DNA of 64,000 nucleotides. Origin: Octopus vulgaris (Eukaryota). This document shows positions 56,117 through 64,000 of this stretch, one piece after another. The stretch lies in assembly GCA_951406725.2 (NCBI GenBank), contig OX597818.1, positions 146,010,001 to 146,074,000 of the forward strand. Reading direction: 5' to 3'. Every line of letters starts with the position of its first letter. Position 1 is the first letter of the stretch. The position numbers were made by a program, and so were the translations under genes. The notes under the pieces are model-generated. The model was not told the origin of the DNA. It ran no database searches and saw only the letters and a program-made list of their open reading frames with translations.

Positions 56117-56620
56117 TGTGTTCATGAATTAGACAATGGCACCCAATTAAGGTATTTGATTCCTTTTACGTTTTCCAATTCTGTCTTGATTAAGACTGAA
56201 AATCCTTTTATGATATCCTACTATATATGATACAGAATCTGTAACTATACTGCCCAGTTTTTCTGTAGAATAAATAAATTGAAATTACTTATTTCTGATT
56301 TGAGCTGAGGAAAATCAGTCTTCACCTCTGCTCTAAACATAAATCTTTTCTAAAGATAAATCTATTTGTATTGTATATTTTGCCATCATCCCGTGGGCAA
56401 TTATAACCTTCTGTACTATATTTATGCAACAATCTGACTTTCTTTGGCAACAACTATACACACTTTGATAAACTCCCCTTTGATGTGTGTGGCTTCAGCT
56501 CACACACTTTATACCTTGTATTATATAGAAGTATTTTTACTTATAGATTGCTGTTTGCATAAAGTGTCTTCTAAAATTGCTAGCTTGTTTAAAAGCAGAA
56601 TACTTTTGGTTCTGGCTTAA
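55330..56620 (-). mobile_element. Decayed hAT (SPIN/Charlie-like) transposase remnant
   Basis: Fragments such as LEFYKSYVDIEKYSYLRNH and ...NFKRLR...FE..LLLIF resemble hAT C-terminal regions; heavily interrupted, with a (CA)n insertion at ~56070-56115. Confidence 0.45.
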
Positions 56621-58044
56621 TAGCTGTAGCCAAGATTTTACTTTTTATTAACTGTAACTGAATATTTACAAATAAGATATATACATTCATACCTTACTTC
56701 AATATACAAATATCTAGTTGCTCCTATGAACTTGTACCAATAGCTTTTGTTGTTGTTGTTGTTGTTAATAACTGCAGAAGTTAATTTCATGCATCAGCAA
56801 TCATCTGAGAAAAAGTAAATTCTTACTAACCATTAATTACCAATAACAATATCTAATAAAAAGTATAAATATTTGCAAGAAGAGTGCAAAGCAAATGTTA
56901 ATAGGCTATAAAGTTGTTTTTAACATAGGTACAAGTCCTGAAAATTTGAAGGAGGAGATTAGTCAATATTATTAATCCCAGTATATGACTGGTATTTTAT
57001 TAACCAAAGTTGATCTTGGTGAGATTCGAGTTCAGAAAGTAGAACAGTGCAACTAAATACCACAGTCCCTTTTGTCCAATGCCCTAATGATCCTGCCAAT
57101 CTTCTCTCTGCTAATTTCTACAATATGTTATAATATTTGACTGTTACATCATTTATCCAAATCTTTACTTCCAATTAATCTACAGAGATCAGTATTACAT
57201 GTAACAGAAATTTGCTAATCCATTATAGGGTACTGAAAGCAGCCTACCATTAAATTATTTAGTAAATTGGCTGAGTTTATGGATCACAAAATTCCTTGGC
57301 AGTATTTGCTCCAACATTTGATGCCTGGAATTCACATCATGCTGATGCCAACTTTACCATTCCTCTTTGCAAATCAATGAAATGTGGTATAAATCGAAGA
57401 TGTGTTGTGCAAACAAATAGGATTTATTAGATCGAGTAGTGAAATCAGCAAAAATCTGACATGTTAAATAATAAAATACAGTCTAAACTTTCATGTGATG
57501 ATGCCACCAAAGATCTGTCTTGTTCTGGAGCTCATTAAAAGAGACCATATTTGAAGACTAGAGAAAAGAAGTTTTAATGGCAGACAATAATTCAGGGATT
57601 TAGTGACAGGTACAGCAAAGTGTGACAGCTAGCAATTCCTTCTGTCTTGGGAGTCTGCCCAATAACGACCGTCAGAATGCTGTGTTATGAGCAGAGCAAT
57701 TTTGATACATAAACATTCATCACTTTCACTGGTGTATTCTTAAAATTTCTCTTTAAACACATTCTTCCATTAAGAACAGTACTTTTCAATATCTCTTGGA
57801 ACGGCCGTATTCCTTTAAAATTATTAACAATAAAGTAGATGAAGTTAGACTACTTATTCATACGTATGTATGTAAGTGTGTGTGTGTATCTCTCTCTATA
57901 TAATCACTCTTAAAATCTATGAAGCTAAAATCTGTACCTGAAATAGGTGTGCTATAATCGACAAAAATTACCATATATGCTATCACTACAGTTCAAGGAC
58001 TGTAACTAGTACATGAGTCTAGCTTATGATATATATGAAACTAG

Positions 58045-58089
<45 letters not shown>

Positions 58090-58096
58090 ATTCTAG

Positions 58097-58730
58097 TCTT
58101 TTACTCATTTCAGCCATGCAGCTGTGGTCATGCTGGAACACCACCATGGTCTTTCTGATTTCCTCAGTCTGGGGTGTTTCACACTACAATTCCTGTGTGT
58201 AACTTTGTCCCAGCTGTTGGTCCATTTGGTATATAAGGCAGTTTGATTCCTTTGTCCTCGTGTGCACCTCGTGTCAGGCTGTTTGTTCATCAGGGATTGT
58301 GGAGAGGAGAATGTCTAGTTCCTTTTTGAAGACATCTACTTCCACCCTATGCAGATTTCTTACTTTTTGTGGCAGAACATTGAAGAGCTGTGGGTCTTCG
58401 AACCCTAGATTATTGCAGTACCTGGTCCCGAATTCAGATAGAGCAGATGATACCTTTAGTACAATGCAATGGCGGCCAGTTCTGACATCTGTCTAACACT
58501 CAATGCCAAAATTAGGTACTAGCCCTCTAGAGTATTCCATATGTAGATTATTGCATATCCCTCACGCCTTCACTCCAGGGAGTAAAGTTGCAGTTTTCTC
58601 AGCCTATCCCTGTAGCTCATCAGCTGCACTGTTTCAATCTTTTTAGTGTAGTGGCACTGAATTACCTCAAGCTCCGCTGTTAGTTTGGCAGTGTGTGGTG
58701 ACCATAACTGGGAGCAGTAGTCCAGGCGTG
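58097..58730 (-). mobile_element. CR1/L2-group LINE 3' end
   Basis: Minus frame LDYCSQLWSPH...LEVIQ..YTKKI....SYRDRLRKLQLYSLE.RRE...PQLFNVLPQKVRNL....VDVFKKELD.LLSTIPDE, then a 3' tail of the same type as the SINE tail at 5045. Confidence 0.8.
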
Positions 58731-58959
58731 TGTGATTTAGTGTGTGCTGGTTCAGCTTCGTCCACAGTCAAATGACTGAAACATGTAAAAGAACAAATAT
58801 ATATATATTAAAGTTCATTCTTTGTATGAAAAAAAGACGACTTTTATTTCACATTAAAGAACCGAAATCACTTTCTTGTCAACCCAATACACCCCCCCAC
58901 ACACACAGTTATGGTATATTCTGTTTCGAACGTAACAGAGTACAGTATAAAGCTCGTCC

Positions 58960-59455
58960 ACCTCTAGATTACCCTGTGCTATCCAGTAGTAGTATTATAC
59001 TTACTTCCAGGTTTGCATTTGGGCATCTGTCGTGTTTGAATAGATAATTGAAAAAGGTCAGTTGAGGACAGTCGCATATGTAACCAACAATGAAGAACAA
59101 ATCAAGAGTACAAAGAAATCAAATACCAATCTCTTTAAAACGGCAACCACTTTAACAGTAGTAGAATCACTACCCAACTACATCTATACATTCAAAGCAG
59201 TTTGCCAACAGTCCTTCAGCAACAACACACCCTGGTCAACCCAGTGACTTCTACTAAATTTAGGCCACGACAGACAGAGAGGATGTTCTTGAAGCCGAGC
59301 ATTTGAAATTATGGAGACAATATTTACATATCGCCTGAGGAAACACAACTAGATCTCATAATGCAGAGAAGCGGTTGCATAATCAAGTACCTGTAAGCCT
59401 AGAGAACTACGTTACGTGGAAACAATTGTAGTGATTAAAAAATAAATGTCCAACC
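58960..59455 (+). mobile_element. Possible Penelope-like 3' fragment
   Basis: Ends with CCTGAGGAA...GAAAC...AATAAATG, a Penelope-like terminal pattern; coding remnant is weak. Confidence 0.35.
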
Positions 59456-59951
59456 GCATTTCTTGTTGACTCCAATTTATTCATATATATATATATATAT
59501 ATATATATGTAAATGCGTATACATATACACCGTTAACGCCTAGCTAGACATTAAAAATACCTTGATAAATGCAGTTGTTATTCTTTTATGCATAAATACA
59601 CAATATGATACATACTTAAATATAAATGTGAATCAGTTTCACATGGATCGAAAAGTGTTTGTTTGTTTTGTTTGTCACTCATAAAAGGTTGCTTTTCACA
59701 CGTGATGTTGGTATTCGTAACATTGATGGCCACCTTATTATCAGAAGCAGTTTATCGATTAAAACTTGCCATACCAAATCAAACTACGATGCACGACAAG
59801 ATATTTTATAAATACCTTAACTGACTTAACCGAGATGTCAATATTGTAACATTGATGGCAGCAAACACAGACAGATGCACAGACTCGTAGATGTACTTAT
59901 ATATTCGGCAGGGGTATATATTAGTGTGTGTGTGTGGATACATACATACAT

Positions 59952-60023
<72 letters not shown>

Positions 60024-60198
60024 GTGTGTGTATGTATGTATTTATGTATGTATGTTGTATGTAACCTTATTTGGATAGTTTTATGTTTGTGCTTCACGAT
60101 ATACTATTTCCCCTTCCCACCAAACAATCCTTTGACGTCCTCCTTGACAGTTTATTAAATTCTTATGACGTCAAGCAGATGTGTGTGTGTGTGTGTGC

Positions 60199-60232
<34 letters not shown>

Positions 60233-60729
60233 CTCTTTTGTTTTTAATAATTTAGTCTTTCTGTGAAGAAGGAACTGGTTTCTAACAAAGGTACAAAGCT
60301 CCATCTTTGGAATATAGATAAAGAAAATAACGTCACATCTTAAACCTGAGAAAAGTCTTGCATAGTTTTACTATTCCGCTTACAGATTGTATTTGAAATG
60401 TGTGAATCAGTTGATTTTTGTTTCTGGAAATCCAAGCTTATCCAGAGTGACAGTTAGTCATTTACTCACAAAACCAAGTGCACCAATTATTATTGGTATA
60501 AATGTAAGTTTGTAATCCGAATATAGGAGCTGGAGATTTTGAAGCACTTGTCCACAATTATCTTCTTTCTCTTTGATTTTCAAAGAGATATTCATATCAG
60601 CAGGAGAGCTGACGTCTATGACATTAGAAGAACTTCTGGTCTCTCCCTATGACGCAACACCAATAAGGCCATCTCAAGGTTTAAGAGCAACAGCGGCTGA
60701 AGCAGAGCATAGTTCACCCAATTCATCAT

Positions 60730-61985
60730 CGTGTACTTTTTATCCATCCATATCTAGCAATGGGGACATTAACATCATCATGTACCCAGAAAATTCCTTC
60801 TATTTAGCAGAGTTCGACCTATATTAAGCAAAGTGATCCGGGTGGCTTCTTCGATGTTGCAGTGACAGTATTTGATATATGTAACTTTATGGGCCTTTTT
60901 GCTGGATATAAGAAAGAAATTCCTATCAACTAGCTTTCGCTTACATAGGTACGATGCCTTGGCCCTTAATGGAGGGAGAAACGGCCACACTCTCAATAGG
61001 CTCTGAAGGACTTAGTTCACACCCTTAGTTCTCTTGGGTTCAAAGTCACAATAGAGATTAATTTGAAAGTGGTTAATTTCCTGGATGTGACATTAAAATT
61101 TAGACATTGGTGACGATAAACTTTTCCAGAAACCATATAAGTAGCTGACATATATTAACACAGCTTCCTGCCATCCGGTCATAGTTTCCAAAGACCTGAC
61201 AAAGAATTTAGCAGAAGAAAGAATCTTAACCTATCATCGAAGAAGATCTTCGACTCCACAGACCCGTAATACAACATGGCTGCAAGTAGTTTTAGAGGTA
61301 AAATTAGTTAGATGCTCGACACTAATCTCACCAAGAGAAAACGCTACGGAAATGGTGATGTTGCTTACACTCCTGTTTTCTCTTAATGGAAATCTTAGTT
61401 TGCTCGATAATTGTTTTCCATGGACATGTATATATATATGCAGAAAAATCTTCAATAGAGATACTTTGAGGGTTTCTCTCAGCTGTGCACCAAGCATAAA
61501 TAAAATATTTCTAGATAGGCCCAAGCCTAGCACAGAAGCAGGTTGCTAATTCAAGAGTAACGTCAGATGTCCACTAACCTGCCATGCAATTCAGAAACCA
61601 TCATATATGAAGCAGAGATAGTGTCGAAAGATCTCAGTAGAAAAACAAACGTACTGAAACACGTGGACGCTGAGGAAAGCCCCCCAGGACCAGGTTCAAA
61701 ATCTACCAGTCCTCGTTTAATATCTAATAGACGCGATGTCCAGTGAGACAGTATGAACGCTGGAAGAAAACGCCGCACATTACGAAATGAAATGGAATGT
61801 ACTACAAAAATGCAGCTCTTACCTAAACAGCAGTAGAAGGTTCAAAAGGTGCTTGACAGAGGAAAGGATCATGGAAGAACTATCTTTACCAAGAAGCCTA
61901 ATTAAACACTTTAAAGAAGTTCTTATCACATGTCATCATGAGTGCAGGTATAGTTTAGCAAACTGGCCAACTGTAATGTAAGTAT
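60730..61985 (+). mobile_element. Decayed Penelope-like retroelement (RT + GIY-YIG region)
   Basis: Remnants TFYPSIS, DINIIM, FFDV, VVNFLDVTL, YINTASCHP, KIFNRDTLRVSLSCAPSI and KWNVLQKCSSY...RCLTE...EVLITCHH. Confidence 0.75.
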
Positions 61986-62186
61986 AAGGATCAGGTTGTT
62001 CCCTACCCAAATCCTTGCCAAATTTCATACTACCGTCACCAAAAAGAAAAGAAATAAGACTCATTGAATAATATAGCTATGAGTAAAGAGTTTTCTTTGA
62101 ATTCGAATCCTGCCGAAGTCAACTTTGCCTTTCATTTTTTCGTGGTCGATAAAATAACGTACGACCCAAGTGCAAGGGACAAGGAT

Positions 62187-62295
<109 letters not shown>

Positions 62296-62812
62296 GCTTT
62301 GTTATTATAATCCAAATTATTATTCCACCCGTTTCCAAAGCCGGGTGAAATAGACAGATTGAGCAAGAACCTACCAAACTCTTCTCATAAAAATAGGAAA
62401 TTGCATTCTTTAAGAAAAAAAAAAAAAATCAAATGAAACCATTGCATACATGTCCGGCCATTATAAGCGTGGGCGCGCCCATATGTCGACTAAAGGGAAA
62501 ACATACATATCACATATGTAGATCGTGAAGTAGGTTTTTTTTTTTCTATCGCTTTAAAAGGTCAATTAACAAATGGAACGTTGGCATCCGTCACTTTGGT
62601 TACCCAATTATTAGAAGCAATTTATCGATTAAAACTTACCATATGGAACCCAACAATGATTTACAGATTATTTCTTAAATGTCTTCAGTGTCTCAGTCTA
62701 GATGTCAATAGTGTAATTATTGATGTATAAGCATTCATCCACACACATGCGGGTGTGTGTGTGTGTGTGTGAGCGAACAAATGTCTGCAGAGACGGACGT
62801 GCTTAAACGTCC

Positions 62813-62858
<46 letters not shown>

Positions 62859-62988
62859 CGTGACCACCGTGACCGACCAGGCTATCAGCTGTTGATACAC
62901 ATCGCTGGTCACAATGCGCTTCACATTGTTTGAACCTTCAAATAACGCCACCCCGCTGGCTAAGCGAGCAGGCCAATATATATATATA

Positions 62989-63042
<54 letters not shown>

Positions 63043-63642
63043 GGGTATGAGTATTTCATTTATATCTCGCGTATTTGCCGCTGAAGATGTGTGGATGGGA
63101 AAATTTCTAATGGTGAATTAATTTCTGAATTACCCGAAATTGGACCAATACGGTAATAACGAATTTTTTAGAGATTTCTATGGTTTGTTTCGAGACGCAT
63201 AAATTTAATGTTTATCGACAATTTTTTGTTTCGGCGTATCTGGCATTAGAATTTTTCTTCTGCCCTTATCTTGTAAATTATGTATAAATTTTACCTTTAA
63301 AGGCATTTTTTGATATGCTGGCCATTGATAAAATTTTTTTCCCGAAAACAATTTTATCCTATATCAATTATATATATATATATATATATAATGTGAAATA
63401 GAAAGATGAATAATCTTGTTGTAGATTAATCAAAAGTTAACCGATACCTTAGTAGCAAAAATCACAGCCTCTGTTCTGTTTTTGTTTCTCTAACGGATTT
63501 CCTTTTTTCTTCCTGAAGAGAAAGACACAATATGGTCCCATTATTCAATCGGATTTTGGTAATTTGTGCCTTTCGAAACACGTGTAGAATGAAATAAAAC
63601 GATTTCTGTTCAATCTGCGTTCAGCTCCATTTCTTCAATTCA

Positions 63643-63705
<63 letters not shown>

Positions 63706-63819
63706 ATAGAAATGGTAAGACAACAAAAGAATGAAAGAGACCTCGATATTATGTAAATAGGGGAATTTATTTATAATATAATATGTGACAATTATTCGGT
63801 TGCCATAATAAAATTCCAA

Positions 63820-64000
63820 GTTTTAACCGCAGATACCAATGGACCAGCACAAGATCGTTTTAGGAAGGACATATCCAGATGATGAAAACTTTCAGTCTTA
63901 GCATAACTACAGATACCAATCTGACGGTTGGCAATTTCCTAGATGTATCCTTAGATTTAAATAAGAGTATTTACAAACCTTACAGGAAGCCCAACGATAG
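63820..64000 (+). mobile_element. Penelope-like RT fragment running off the window end
   Basis: GPAQDRFRKDI...NLTVGNFLDVSLDLNKSIYKPYRKPND. Confidence 0.7.

Overview
AT-rich, repeat-dense eukaryotic DNA. The SINE/LINE/microsatellite landscape suggests a cephalopod, probably Octopus (inference). Two host genes diverge across a ~16 kb spacer. (1) A complete 10-exon DEAD-box helicase DDX20/Gemin3 on the + strand (ATG 25858; all nine introns GT-AG and phase-consistent; motifs Q, I, Ia, II DEAD, III SAT, IV, V, VI intact). (2) The 25-nt first coding exon of twinfilin (MSHQTGIS|GTTAGT) on the - strand at 9421-9445; no later twinfilin exon was recognised in the window. The last DDX20 exon is split across two frames at a GATCGATC 4-bp duplication (50435-50442): as written the protein is 988 aa, and removing 4 nt gives 1129 aa with a DDX20-like C-terminus. 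The spacer holds a short-LTR (TRIM-like) retroelement family whose LTR-end/primer-binding-site junction is tandemly repeated (multi-PBS array; first unit ~29 nt complementary to tRNA-Trp), and a ~3 kb (ATT)n array with patterned AGT interruptions. The rest is decayed RTE, CR1/L2 and Penelope retroelements, mariner, hAT and other DNA transposon remnants, piggyBac-type and Tc2-type MITEs, a non-autonomous Helitron, tRNA-derived SINEs and microsatellites. All coordinates were read by eye and family assignments are from recalled consensus motifs, not database searches.
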